This document shows, piece after piece, positions 1 to 12,720 of a stretch of 64,000 nt of DNA; position 1 is the stretch's first letter; each line of letters opens with the position of its first letter. The stretch covers positions 5,686,745 through 5,750,744 of the forward strand of contig MU058423.1 of NCBI GenBank assembly GCA_013265495.1, in the 5' to 3' direction. This DNA is from Vicugna vicugna. Lineage: Eukaryota. Position numbers and translations under genes: made by a program. The notes under the pieces are model-generated. The model saw only the letters and a program-made list of their open reading frames with translations. It did not search any database and was not told where the DNA came from.

Positions 1-359
1 CAAATATCTCTTCAAGTATTACTTTTTCCTTCTCCCCTTCAAGAATTCAGATATGCTCTGCCTTTTTTTTTTTTAACTGTTTCTCATATTTTCTTAGGCC
101 ATTTTCTGTACTTCCCATTTGGACTATTTATATATTAGTTCTGTGAAGATGAAAATTGGCAAATGCCTTGAAGAGAAAGAGGTCGAACTCCCTTCTCTGA
201 GCTTTATTATTTATTTGAGATGGTAGCATTTTAATTTCTGTGTGACATGCATGAATGATGCCTCTCAAATAATTTCATCCAGTTCTTCTAGTTATGTCTG
301 GTGGGAGTATTTAGTCTGATCTAACACAATCTAAAGCAAAATTACAATTTTTCAAGTGG

Positions 360-980
360 GTATTTTTTATTGAAGTATATAGTATTGAATCTGCTTTGAA
401 ATATGTACTGAAAGAGTATAAAGTACATAATTGTGCACAGACTTTCCACCAAATAGTCATATAACCAGCTCAGAGATTTAAAATAATTGAGAATTTCCAG
501 CAATTCAAAATACCCTCTTGTGCTCCCTCCCTCTTACCAGTTACCCAAGAGACATAACTGTACTTCTAGCCCCATAGATTACTTTTGTTTGTTTTTGAAT
601 TGTCGAGAAATAGAATTTATATATTTATGAACTCAGTATTATATTTGTAAGATTTATCCATATGATTGTATGTAATTCCAGATCATTAATTCTCAGTACT
701 ATAGTGCATTCTTTTATAAATACATCACAATTTATTATTCATCCCTCTGCTAGCAGACAATTTATTTTTGCTAGTTTTTGGCTATTTTGTATAAAACTGC
801 TATGAAAATCCTTGTATGTTTCTTTTGATGAATAATACTACACATTTCTTTTGATTCTATTTGATTACAATTCACTTAGGGGTGGATTTGTTGGGTCATA
901 AAATATATTAATATTTATATTTAATAGTTAATAGTACCACCAGACAGGTTTCTACTGGTTGTACCAATTCTGTTGTCTCC
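360..980 (-). mobile_element. Old L1 (L1ME-like) 3' fragment
   Basis: Starts with ttttttattgaagtata and contains degenerate L1 3'-end blocks (ttatccatatgattgtatgta..., ttcatccctctgctagcagacaa..., gctatgaaaatccttgta). Confidence 0.65.
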
Positions 981-2558
981 ACTTTTTCCTCTATTTCTTT
1001 GAGCAAATCAGTTAGTTACTTTAAGAACTTTGACCGCTAAATCTGATATCTAGATCACTATGTGTCATTACTATCTTTGTTTAATTTTTAATCTTGATTT
1101 TGAATGATATTTTCCTATTTTTTTGACATACTTAGTAGCTTTTGTTTGAACTCTTGAGTATCTAACAAACTGTGGGGGTTGGCCATGATATCTTTCTCCA
1201 GAGAGGTTCACCATTTCCTCTGCTAGACAACTATAACTGTAATTCAATTAGAGACTGAGCTGAATGAATTGAGAGTGGTTTGCAGTTTGACCAAATCTCT
1301 GCTTACCTCAATTATAACTCTCTGGGGATTGAAAGCTGATACCCTGCTTTGTTGACATTTACCATCCTCCTGGCCAGCAAAGACCTTATAATCCTCGTCT
1401 CTGAGGCATGCTGAGACTGTTAACAACAAAGTTTCGCTTTTCTGAAGGAGTCTGCTGGATTTTCTGTCTCCACGGAGTAGCCCCTTGCCACCCAGACTAC
1501 AGCCCAGATATCTACCCTCCTGCTCGGTGCCCATAATTGTCCCATATACTAGGGAAAATGCACCTGCAGTTTCTTCATGTTGCTGCAATTCTCCATTCTC
1601 TGGAATCTTGGGTTCTAACACTTGATGCTTCAACATTTATCAAATGAGTTTTCTTAAATTTTAAAGGTTTTAAAATTTTTTCTAAGATGGCCTCTTCTTC
1701 ATAACTGTAAGTGAAAGCTCTCCGGAATATTTTGTTCATGTTACTAAAAATTTAAATATTTAAAAAATATTGTTTGATTCCAAATTTGACACCAAGATGA
1801 TAAAAACTAAATGTCGTTCCTCCATTATCAATTAGCAATGAAGCTCATTTGCAGTAACAGAAATTTCTTTTCTCTGATCATTCTCCCACATTAAAACATA
1901 TGAATGTTATAATAGATAGACCTGGATCAAAAGCAATTGGGAGTGAGAATGATTAGACTTAATGCAGTTTATGCAAAATGGAAATATGTCATCTCATACA
2001 CTCACTGTGCTGGAGATGATCTGCTTCCTACATGGCTACACGCAATGGACCACTGTTGTTTTGGTTCTGTATTTTCCAGTCACCCCTTGTCTTTGCTTCC
2101 GTGTGCTTCACTTTTAATACTAATATCATCTTTTCTTACTTTAGTTGGCTTCCTAGTCTTATTAATTGAAGATAGCTATAATACTTCACAATGTATGAGC
2201 CTTAAACCTTTGGATCCCAAAAGAATGACGGTTCTGTAAGTCTCTGTCTGTCAAACCAATCTCATAGAACAAAATCGATTGTTTCTTCCTACATTACAGG
2301 GAAACTGGGTGGCATGCTTGGTCATTCTTCAGTCTTCCCTCTCCTTTGAGCATAATTTGGTGTGACAATGTGATTAAAGCTTCAATGATTCATGATAATA
2401 TGATTAAAAAATCACATGGGAGAGGGTAGAAGTTACTCATCTGAGATAGTACTGGGCAGGCAAGCAGACTAGGTGGCCACTGTGTCTGTTCAGAATTGCT
2501 ACTTACTACTGTAGTATCTGATAATTATGTTCAAAGTACTCTGCATAATATCCAAAGC

Positions 2559-2593
2559 TTTCTTTCTTTCTTTCTTTCTTTTCTTTTTTTTTT
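2559..2593. repeat. (TTTC)n plus poly(T) simple repeat
   Basis: Directly visible. Confidence 0.85.
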
Positions 2594-2631
2594 GCTATTT
2601 AGCTTTAAAACCCATTTTCTGTGTTTATTCC

Positions 2632-3062
2632 TGTTGGAGAAAGTAACTGAGAGGCTGCGAACTGCCATTAACCCTTAAGGGGGAACTGGGCAATCACAGT
2701 CTCCTCCCTTCCTCTCCTGTCGTTGGAATGTAGATCTGCACATTGTTTTCACAGGGGGAACTGTTTTCAAGGACACGGCCTAGAGAGAGCAATGTATTAT
2801 TGAGACCACCTGGACCATATATGTGAATCCAGTTAAAGCCACCATGTAAACTTTTAAGATTCTGGCTGGGCAGGTGCAGAGAGACACTCATCTTGCAGCA
2901 GCATCTTGCAGGATAAGCCTTGTATGTAAGTTCCTTTACTTAATAAGCCTGCCATATACCAATCTGGAGTGGTCTGTCTCTTTCTTCATTCTCTCCTTGC
3001 CCTCTGTGTACAGAAACCAGTTTAAGATTTCATCTGGGAAGTTCCTAGTTTTTGAACCAACA
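2632..3062 (+). mobile_element. Solo ERV LTR (ERV1-like)
   Basis: Termini TGTTGG...CCAACA (6-bp inverted ends), ~430 bp. U5-like block tgtaagttcctttacttaataagcctgcc...accaatctggagtggtctg. No clear TSD. Confidence 0.65.
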
Positions 3063-3119
3063 CTTGAAATACATAGTATTGGTTTCAAACAGATAATATT
3101 TGAGCACTCATCATCATCC

Positions 3120-3352
3120 TGAAAGGAGGCAGGACGCTGTGCTTCCCTCCCCCTGTGCTTCCTTTCCCTCCTTGAGCGCCTCTCTTTCCTTCTTTCTGCT
3201 CAAGCACTTTCCTTCCTTTTCCCCTTCTGAGCAATAAGGCGGCTGTTCACTTTGTCCCTCTGCCTCTGCTGCGCGAATTCTTCCACAGCAGTCAGCAAGG
3301 ACCCACACTTTGTCGGGCTTCCTAATTCAGGGGTCCCTCTCTATCTGCTAAC
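3120..3352 (+). mobile_element. Probable LTR 3' (R/U5) fragment
   Basis: Pyrimidine-rich tract, aataa, then gcgcgaattcttcc...aaggacc, which resembles ERV LTR ends. Locally GC/CpG-richer than the flanks. Confidence 0.4.
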
Positions 3353-4627
3353 GATCCCACCTGTATTTTTCCCAAAGTGTCATGCTAGTCAATAAGAATA
3401 TGAGGCTGCACAAGTTCTGGAACTTATAATAGTTTTGTTTATACAAAAATCTCAAAATATCTACTCATCTATAAAGTCCTTCCTTAAATAGCTAAGGAAT
3501 TTTTTAGTATTTCCATATTTTTCCATATCATTGTACCATATGCAAATGTTTGAGTATTTGTGTGTGCTTCTCATTAACTAATTTTTTTTTCCTGCTACCT
3601 GCCTAGATGATTTTTTTAACTTGGGTTATTATATTAAGAAACTGTTGCTAGTAATCCTAAAAGACATAGCTAGGGGAAAAATTTAGTTCCCCTTTTGGTA
3701 TGAAGTTTTTGTACATTGTACTTGATAAAAATGAGCTAGGATGGCTCTAACCTTTTAGAGCTATTTCCCTGGACTTTGATAATCCTACGAAAGACTAAAG
3801 TGTTCTGGCTCTTTAACTTTACCACACTGTCAGATGACCCTATTCTCCGTGGATTAGTGTTCCTTTGCTCAATGCTTCATGTCTATGGCCACAGGAAGGA
3901 AACTTTAAATTGCTTTAGAGAGAAACATCACTTAGTACTTATTTTGAATATGAAAACAGATACTTGTGTAGCATAATGCCATTTCCTGCATGTTAAAATT
4001 GCTTTCTTTGGCATGAATGTTATTCTGGTTTAATCACAAAATATTACTTACCATGCTCTTATATGATACTCCAAGATTTACAAGGTTAAATTTACTCTCT
4101 TTTATGATGTGCTTCCTTTAATGGTATATGAAGGCACCTAGTGATATTCTGTAAAATTTTTATCCTAAATTATTTGTTCATCATGCATAATACCTGTGCA
4201 TTGCTGAATTCTTTCTTCTGCTTGTGTTAAAAATTATAGAGGACCTCAAAATCATTTGTATTAAATTATCTCAGGCTTAAATCCTTTTCTGGTCATTAAA
4301 GGAGCCTCATAACATGCCAGTATCTCACATGAATAGTAAGGGGGAAGATGCCTTGAAGGGAAATGTGAAATAAGAGCAATGGTACAGTGAAAAAATGAGT
4401 TTATTTCTTACAATAGTTGTATGTCATGGTGACTAAAGGAGGCTGTGACTATAAGGGATCCTAAAACTTCTAAAAATCACTTTGTAGTTTAGTTATTTTG
4501 GAAACAAATCTATCCCAGTATTGGTAATGTGATAATCTCATATGATTCTCTTACCTAGAAGGGAGTGATACTCTTTGTTTTCCTTTAGAGACCTAAAGGG
4601 TCATAGATATTCTTTTCCTCACATAAC

Positions 4628-4628
<1 letters not shown>

Positions 4629-4666
<38 letters not shown>

Positions 4667-4678
4667 AGGAAAAGAAAA
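4629..4678. repeat. (GAAA)n microsatellite
   Basis: Directly visible. Confidence 0.95.
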
Positions 4679-5173
4679 CCAAGGAGCACACATAAAAATT
4701 CACAGTGAGAGTTGCAAAGGAAAAGAATTAAAACATAGATATATCATATTCATTCATAATTTTTTAAATTGAAGGAGTTAGAGTAAGATAGGGGAAGAAA
4801 AGACACATTTACCACTTCAGATATTTGAAGACCTACTCAGAGATTCAAAACTATAAAGAGGAGACAAATGATACAGAGAAGAAATACTCCAGTACATAAT
4901 CATTTGCTCATAAGCAAATATAAGTATTACAGTTAGTTTTGCTGAGACTTACTTCAATTAAAAACTACTATACTTATCCTTTCCCTGAACCACCACTCCC
5001 AATTTTATAAAAAATAAATTAATTTATTTTGATGTAGGGCCTTTGAGAATATTAGGATGAGTTTTCCTGGAGGGGTGTGTGGTGGTGAGCTCTAAATGCA
5101 TTGAGAATGAGAAGCAAAATAATCCAAGTTAAGAGGATTGGGTATCCCTGAAACCAAGAGAAGAGTGTCATTC

Positions 5174-5198
5174 ATATATATATATATATATATATATA
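5174..5198. repeat. (TA)n microsatellite
   Basis: Directly visible. Confidence 0.95.
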
Positions 5199-5457
5199 CC
5201 CCACTTGCATGCATGGCCTCAAATACAGGGATGAATGTGGAATAACTTACAGAACTTTGATGCTGGGTGCCACGGCCCTGAGAAGTGCAACAAGGAATTC
5301 TAGGAATGAGTTGGCAATGTTGGAGTATATAGCCCTGCTATGAAAAGCATCACTGAGTCTGCCCAGGACAGACTGCCTAACCAATGAGAACTAGACCTCA
5401 GTAGGACCATTCTGCAGCTGATGGAGAAACTATGGTGATCATCACAATCCCATTCTT

Positions 5458-8400
5458 TTTTTTTTTTAACATTTTTTATTGATTTATAATCATTTTACAA
5501 TGTTGTGTCAAATTCCAGTGTTCAGCACAATTTTTCAGTCATTTATGGACATATACACACTCATTGTCACATTTTTTTCTCTGTGATTTATCATAACATT
5601 TTGTGTATATTTCCCTGTGCTATACAGTGTAATCTTGTTTATCTATTCTACAGTTTTGAAATCCCAGTCTATCCCTTCCCACCCTCTACCCCTCGAGTAA
5701 CCACAAGTCTGTATTCTCTGTCCATGAGTCTTTAGATTCCACATATGAGTGATCTCATATGGTATTTTTCTTTCTCTTTCTGGCTTACTTCACTTAGAAT
5801 GACATTCTCTAGGAGCATCCATGTTGCTACAAATGGCGTTATGTTGTCGGTTTTTATGGCTGAGTAGTATTCCATTGTATAAATATACCACCTCTTCTTT
5901 ATCCAGTCACCTGTTGATGGACATTTAGGCTGTTTCCATGTTTTGGCTATTGTAAATAGTGCTGCTATGAACATTGGGGTGCAGGTGTCATCCTGAAGTA
6001 GATTTCCTTCTGGATACAAGCCCAGGAGTGGGATTCCTGGGTCATATGGTAAGTCTATTCCTAGTCTTTTGAGGAATCTCCACACTGTTTTCCATAGTGG
6101 CTGCACCAAACTGCATTCCCACCAGCAGTGTAGGAGGGTTCCCCTTTCTCCACAGCCTCTCCAGCATTTGTCATTTGTGGATTTTTGAATGACGGCCATT
6201 CTGACTGGTGTGAGGTGATACCTCATTGTAGTTTTGATTTGCATTTCTCTGATAATTAGTGATATTGAGCATTTTTTCATGTGCTTTTTGATCATTTGTA
6301 TGTCTTCCTTGGAGAATTGCTTGTTTAGGTCTTCTGCCCATTTTTGGATTGGGTTGTTTATTTTTTTCTTATTGAGTCGTATGAGCTGCTTATATATTTT
6401 GGAGATCAAGCCTTTGTCGGTTTCACTTGCAAAAATTTTCTCCCATTCCGTAGGTTTTCTTCTTGTTTTATTTCTGGTTTCCTTTGCTCTGCAGAAGCTT
6501 GTAAGTTTCATTAGGTCCCATTTGTTTATTCTTGCTTTTATTTCTTCTAGGAGAAAATTTTTGAAATGTATGTCAGATAATGTTTTGCCTATGTTTTCCT
6601 CTAGGAGGTTTATTGTATCTTGTCTTATGTTTAAGTCTTTAATCCATTTTGAGTTGATTTTTGTATATGGTGTAAGGGTGTGTTCTAGCTTCATTGTTTT
6701 ACATGCTGCTGTCCAGTTTTCCCAACACCATTTGCTGAAGAGACTGTCTTTATTCCATTGTATATTCTTGCCTCCTTTGTCGAAGATGAGTTGACCAAAA
6801 GTTTGTGGGTTCATTTCTGGGCTCTCTATTCTGTTCCATTGGTCTATATGTCTGTTTTGGTACCAATACCATGCTGTCTTGATGACTGTAGCTCTATAGT
6901 ATTGTCTGAAGTCTGGGAGAGTTATTCCTCCAGCCTCTTTCTTTCTCTTCAGTAATGCTTTAGCAATTCTAGGTCTTTGATGGTTCCATATAAATTTTAT
7001 TATGATTTGTTCTAGTTCTGTGAAATATGTCCTGGGTAATTGGATAGGGATTGCATTAAATCTGTAGATTGCCTTGGGCAGTGTGACCATTTTAACAATA
7101 TTGATTCTTCCAATCCAAGAGCATGGAATATCTTTCCATTTTTTAAAGTCTTCTTTAATTTCCTTCATCAATGGTTTATAGTTTTCTGTGTATAATTCTT
7201 TCACCTCCTTGGTTAGATTTATTCCCAGATATTTTATTACTTTGGGTGCTATTTTAAAGGGGATTGTTTCTTTACTTTCTTTTTCTGTTGATTTATCGTT
7301 AGTGTAAAGAAAGGCAACTGATTTTTGAACATTAATTTTGTAACCTGCTACCTTGCTGAATTCTTCGATCAGCTCTAGTAGCTTTTTTGTGGACCTTTTA
7401 GGGTTTTCTATATATAGTAACATGTCGTCAGCATATAATGACACTTTTACCTCTTCTTTTCCAATTTGGATCCCTTTTATTTCTTTCTCTTGCCTGATTG
7501 CTGTGGCTAGGACTTCCAGGACTATATTGAATAGGAGTGGTGATAGTGGGCATCCTTGTCTTGTCCCAGATTTTAGTGGGAAGCTTTTGAGTTTTTCACC
7601 GTTGAGAACTATGCTGGCTATAGGTTTGTCATATATAGCTTTTATTATGTTGAGATATGTTCCCTCTATACCCACTTTGGCGAGAGTTTTTATCATAAAT
7701 GGGTGTTGAATTTTATCAAATGCTTTTTCTGCATCGATTGAGATGATCATGTGGTTTTTGTCCTTTCTCTTGTTGATGTGATGTATTACATTGATTGATT
7801 TGCGTATGTTGAACCAGCCTTGTGTCCCTGGGATGAACCCCACTTGGTCATGATGTATAATCTTTTTTATGTGTTGTTGGATTCTATTTGCTAAAATTTT
7901 GGTGAGGATTTTGGCGTCTATGTTCATCAGTGATATTGGCCTATAATTCTCTTTTTTTGTAGTGTCTTTGCCTGGTTTTGGTATCAGGGTGATGGTGGCT
8001 TCATAGAATGAGTTTGGGAGTATTCCCTCCTTTTCAATCGTCTGGAAGAGTTTGAGAAGGACTGGTATGAGTTCTTCTTTGTATGTTTGGTAGAATTCCC
8101 CGGTGAAGCCGTCCGGTCCTGGACTTTTATTTGTAGGGAGGTTTTTAATTGCTATTTCTATTTCCTTTCTAGTGATCGGATTGTTCAAGTGTTCAGTTTC
8201 TTCTTGATTCAGTTTTGGTGGACAGTATGTTTCCAGAAACTTGTCCATCTCCTCTAGGTTATCCAGTTTGGTTCCATATAGTTTTTCATAATATTCTCGT
8301 ATGATATTCTGTATTTCTATTTTGTTTGTTGTAATTTCTCCATTTTCCTTTCTTATTTTGCTAATTTGTGCTCTCTCTTTTTTCTTCTTTGTGAGTTTGG

Positions 8401-9294
8401 CCAGAGGTTTGTCGATTTTATTTACTTTTTCAAAAAACCAGCTTTTGGTTTGGTTGATTTTTTCTATGGTCTTGTTAATCTCTATTGTATTTAATTCCTC
8501 TCTGATCTTTATTATTTCCTTCCTTCTGCTGCTTTTTGGGGCTTTTTGTTCTTCTTTTTCTAATTGATTCAGGTGGTGGGTTAACTTGTTTATTTGAGAT
8601 TGTTCTTCTTTTTTGAGGAAGGCCTGTATCGCTATAAACTTCCCTCTTAGCACTGCCTTTGCTGTGTCCCATAGGTTTTGAGTGGTTGTGCTTTCATTAT
8701 CATTTGTCTCAAGGTATTTTTTAATTTCAGCTTTGATTTCCTCATTGATCCATTGTTTTTTCAATAACATATTGTTTAATCTCCATGCTTTTCTTTTTTT
8801 CTCCTTTGTTTCTCTGTTGTTGATTTCCAGTTTCATGGCATTGTGGTCAGTAAAGATGCTTGAGATAATTTCTATCTTCTTAAATTTGTTGAGGTTTCTT
8901 TTGTGTCCAAGTACATGATCGATCCTGGAAAATGTTCCATGTGCACTTGAAAAGAATGTATATTCTATTTTTTGGGGGTGTAATGCTCTGAAAATATCCA
9001 CCAAATCTAGTTTTTCTATTGTAGTATTTAATTTCTCTGTTGCCTTGTTTATTTTCTGTCTGGAAGATCTGTCTAGTGATGTTAATGCAGTGTTAAAATC
9101 TCCAACTATGATTGTATTCCCATCAATATCCCCCTTTATCTCTGTTAGTAATTCTTGTATGTACTTAGGTGCTCCTATATTGGGTGCATATATATTAACG
9201 AGTGTAATATCTTCATCTTGTATCACTCCTTTAATCATTATAAAATGTCCCTCTTTATCTTTCTTTATGGCCTTTGTTTTAAAGTCTATTTTGT
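5458..9294 (-). mobile_element. Young 5'-truncated LINE-1 (ORF2 + 3' UTR + poly(A)) with target-site duplication
   Basis: Poly(T) 5456-5467, AATAAA on minus strand at 5475-5480, ~270-nt 3' UTR, uninterrupted ORF2. TSD ACAATCCCATTCTT (5444-5457) / ACGATCCCATTCTT (9295-9308). Reconstructed empty site TTCTT/GA resembles the L1 EN consensus TTTT/AA. Confidence 0.97.
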
Positions 9295-9304
9295 ACGATC
9301 CCAT
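5732..9304 (-). CDS. LINE-1 ORF2p, N-terminally truncated (partial APE endonuclease, reverse transcriptase, C-terminal Cys-rich domain), 1190 aa
   Basis: Motifs NIYAPN, GDFNT, RIDH, TDHN (EN); [30 protein letters not shown] (RT); CWRGC...HCWWEC (Cys-rich). The first codons (MGSY) come from the TSD/junction rather than from L1. Confidence 0.92.
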   Translation of the reverse strand: MGSYKIDFKTKAIKKDKEGHFIMIKGVIQDEDITLVNIYAPNIGAPKYIQELLTEIKGDIDGNTIIVGDFNTALTSLDRSSRQKINKATEKLNTTIEKLDLVDIFRALHPQKIEYTFFSSAHGTFSRIDHVLGHKRNLNKFKKIEIISSIFTDHNAMKLEINNRETKEKKRKAWRLNNMLLKKQWINEEIKAEIKKYLETNDNESTTTQNLWDTAKAVLRGKFIAIQAFLKKEEQSQINKLTHHLNQLEKEEQKAPKSSRRKEIIKIREELNTIEINKTIEKINQTKSWFFEKVNKIDKPLAKLTKKKKERAQISKIRKENGEITTNKIEIQNIIREYYEKLYGTKLDNLEEMDKFLETYCPPKLNQEETEHLNNPITRKEIEIAIKNLPTNKSPGPDGFTGEFYQTYKEELIPVLLKLFQTIEKEGILPNSFYEATITLIPKPGKDTTKKENYRPISLMNIDAKILTKILANRIQQHIKKIIHHDQVGFIPGTQGWFNIRKSINVIHHINKRKDKNHMIISIDAEKAFDKIQHPFMIKTLAKVGIEGTYLNIIKAIYDKPIASIVLNGEKLKSFPLKSGTRQGCPLSPLLFNIVLEVLATAIRQEKEIKGIQIGKEEVKVSLYADDMLLYIENPKRSTKKLLELIEEFSKVAGYKINVQKSVAFLYTNDKSTEKESKETIPFKIAPKVIKYLGINLTKEVKELYTENYKPLMKEIKEDFKKWKDIPCSWIGRINIVKMVTLPKAIYRFNAIPIQLPRTYFTELEQIIIKFIWNHQRPRIAKALLKRKKEAGGITLPDFRQYYRATVIKTAWYWYQNRHIDQWNRIESPEMNPQTFGQLIFDKGGKNIQWNKDSLFSKWCWENWTAACKTMKLEHTLTPYTKINSKWIKDLNIRQDTINLLEENIGKTLSDIHFKNFLLEEIKARINKWDLMKLTSFCRAKETRNKTRRKPTEWEKIFASETDKGLISKIYKQLIRLNKKKINNPIQKWAEDLNKQFSKEDIQMIKKHMKKCSISLIIREMQIKTTMRYHLTPVRMAVIQKSTNDKCWRGCGERGTLLHCWWECSLVQPLWKTVWRFLKRLGIDLPYDPGIPLLGLYPEGNLLQDDTCTPMFIAALFTIAKTWKQPKCPSTGDWIKKRWYIYTMEYYSAIKTDNITPFVATWMLLENVILSEVSQKEKEKYHMRSLICGI

Positions 9305-11229
9305 TCTTGACAGTTTTTCCCCAGATTATCCACCACCTAGGTGGTTGTGATTTTTCCATTATCTCATGTAAGATAAAGAGTAGCTCAAAATATTGAAAAA
9401 ATGGAACAGCCACTAGCAAGATGAGCAGAGGCTGAAGATTTAGTTACAGTTAGATCAGTATGGGATTGCTATATTTCATTCTCTCTTGTCCTGTAGACTA
9501 TAACTTACATGTACTCAAGCAAGTTTCATTGAACTGGTAATGTGGATGAATCTTTTCTTTCCTGACATGGCCATCAGAGAGCAGCTCTTTGATAGCTCTT
9601 GCTCCAGTGCCTTATAACAGAAATATCACCATCAGAATAGTGTGTAGTGAAACATTATTTCCCAATCTGATGAATTTATTTGAGACTGGCTGTTACCATC
9701 CTCCCACTACAACCACACTTCCATTTTTAACATGATGTTTTCAGATATCCACAAACTCCAACTTCTGGTAACTCATCAAAATCAAGGTTCAAAATCAAAT
9801 GCCCATATATATTTTTGTTTCACAAATTAGGGATTAAATAAATATTTGTTGATAAATTATACAATTATATATATACTTATTATTAATTTAACATTTTGAT
9901 AATTATTAGCCTATTGTTTTGTTATTATTAGGTTTTTTATAAAGGGGAACAATCAACTTAATTATTCCAACAGAGTTAATACCATATGAGAGAGAATTAT
10001 TCTTTTATTTTATTATAGATTGCCCCTCTGTTTTTCACACCTTGAAATATTAAAGCTTAGGCAATGTTCAAACAATAAGCTATTACTTCATTTGCCAAAA
10101 TTTAGTGTATTTTTTGGTGCCTAGTATACTGGTAAATCCTTCCTAAAATTCCAAAGTGCTTTCATTGAAATAATAATGGGAATATCTGGATAATATGGGT
10201 GTATTTGTGAGTGTGTTTGTGTGTGCATGTTTCCTTGAAGACCTCCACAATTTCTTGTTTCAATAACAGGACTGTCCTTACTCTAGTTAGAAGAATGTGC
10301 ACTGGCAGATGCTTTTACGACGCTGCTGATAGCTTAGCAAAATGTTCTTTTCTCAAAGCAGCACTTACAACTTCTATGAATGTCATAGGTACAGTTAAAA
10401 TTTTGTTGTGTTGAAACCTTTTGTACTGCTGTTTTTCTCCAGTCCTGTACCTGCTCTGGAGTGTATAAAGATGAAAATGAATGTTAGCCCAGCTTTTAAT
10501 TCCTTTCCATGATAATTTATCTATGATGCTTTTAAGTGAGTGGACAATACTATCTGCTTATTCCAAAATTTGGGATTCAGCTCCTTGATTTTCAGTAGGA
10601 ACATGGGGCTCCGTTTCCGGTAAGTAGTTTTTGATATTACTCTTTTCTCTTCAAAATGATACAAACAGAATCAGCAAGCTAGATTTTTATTTGGATTCTC
10701 AAATAAATAAATCAATCTATAGAGAAAGTTTCCTTCACTTATAGGAAGCTATCTTTTTCTTTGTTAATCTGTTTGTGTAAAACTTCAAGCCTTTGAACAC
10801 TTCCCTTCAATACTTGTTTGACTCTAATTTTTGCAACAGGCACTGTCTTAGATTCTGGTGATAGTTAAATATATAAAAATTTCCTGCTCTTAAGAGAATT
10901 ATGTCATCCAGAAGAGATTAATTTTTTTTTTAAAAATTACAGAGTAATGTAAAAATATAGTAATAGAAACATGAACAATAAATTATGTGAGAACCAAGAA
11001 GAGACATCTAGCATTATTTAGAGATTACTGCCAGAAGGAAGTGAGGCAGAGATTAGTCTCAAAGAATGTTTAGGAAATTAATAGGAAAAAATTGTAGATT
11101 ATGCATTTTTGTAGAATCAAAGGAAAAAGTAAGATACAATTAACAAATATTTTCAAAGATCCTTGAATTCTCTGGTTCAGGCAGGGAACAATGTATAACG
11201 ATATAGGCAGAAGCATATAAAGAACTAGT

Positions 11230-12720
11230 GTGATCATTTAGCCGGGTACAGAATTCCAGGATGGAAACTATTTACTCTCACTATTTGGACAATACTGTTT
11301 TTGTGCTTTATTTTTGCTATTTATACAGAGTGCTATTCTGATTCCTGATGTATGAGTTCATATTTTTTTTCTAGTGGAACTTTTTGGGACTGTCACTTAT
11401 TTCCAAGTTTTCTGTAACATCACAGTGATGTGCTTTGGTTTATTTCTTTGGTCATAAACCATGTTGAGCTTGTACTGGATGCTTCATATCTATAAAAGTC
11501 ATACCTTTCATATCTTAAATTTTTTCATTGATGTTTCATCCATAAATTTTCTTTGTTCTCTATTTCTGGTATACATATATGTCCCATATTAAGTGTCCTG
11601 GATTATACTTTTAATTTTACTCTCTATCCTCTATTGTTTTATAACACTTCACATCTATCTACTTTCTCCAATATGTCCTCAACTTCATTGTGCAACATTC
11701 TCTCCACATTTTTATTGAAGTAATAATATTCTTAATTTCCAAGGGTTCTTTTTTACTTGTGAGTTTCACTTTTTTAAGGAGCTTCCTATGTTTGACTCAT
11801 GAATGTAAGTTATTTTCATTATCTCTATATGTGAATTGTGGTGATTTTGGTTCTCTTTTTATATTTTCTTCCATTTCTTATATGTTTCTGTTTTATGTCC
11901 AATTTATTTTTCTTTCTCTTATATGTTAGAACCTCCTTTCAAGGGTTAGATGATTAATGGTTACACCCTTTATTTAATAGTGAATCAATGTAAAACTGAG
12001 AAGACATTCTGCATAAGTCAGTGGAGCTGGTGAACTGTTGGATCTTTGTAATAATGTTTAATCTGGAATCAGGCTGTGTCTTTGGGTGAGATTCCAAATA
12101 CCTATAGGAATTTCTTTCTGAGTCAGGGAATTACCCCAATGAAAAGTATCCAGTATCTTGATGGCAAGGTATAGAGTGTTAGGAAAAAGGAGGGCTTAAG
12201 TAGGTTGCAGTCTCATTCTACAATATCCAAATATCCACTTCATCTCTCAATAAATGAGGTACATACTGCCCAGAGTTGATTTTAGAGGTCATTTTTATCA
12301 GTGTTTCCAAATAGTAAAACATCTGTCTTCTGCCTAAGTATGAGAGAGTCATTTGCTGGCTGTGCAGGTAGAGGAATAGAATCAGAAAGTCTCACTACAG
12401 GGTTTTTAGATTTCACTCAAATCCTTCTGTTTTCAACTTCACCAAAACCTTGGCCTTCAAAGATAACTGATGTCTCTAATTCCTGAATCTTTCTGAGAAA
12501 CTGGATTATAAATTAATTTGGTTTTTGTTGATTCCTCCTTTGAGGGTATTTAACCAAACGGAGAAAACCAAAACATAAATCATATAGAATTTCTCATCTA
12601 ATTTTCAACATTATAGCTTATGTTGATATCTCTTCTTTTTTATTCTCTTTACTGCTATTCGTATGGGTTTCAAGAAGGAATAAAAATAAATGCAAATATT
12701 ATATCCACTATATTTAACTA
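11230..12720 (-). mobile_element. Ancient L1M fragment (ORF1/5' region)
   Basis: tttagccgggtacagaattccaggatggaaac followed by T-rich antisense L1-like sequence; heavily diverged. Confidence 0.5.

Noticed and set aside
1244..2239. 130-aa and 100-aa ORFs
   Set aside because: No recognisable domains or splice structure; the first overlaps probable ancient repeat-derived sequence and the second lacks an ATG start.
9332..9345. 14-bp perfect palindrome ACCACCTAGGTGGT near the L1 5' junction
   Set aside because: A few palindromes of this length are expected by chance in 64 kb; no other support.
6234..9350. Several plus-strand ORFs of 65-186 aa
   Set aside because: Antisense shadows of L1 ORF2, with F/L/S/I-rich composition.
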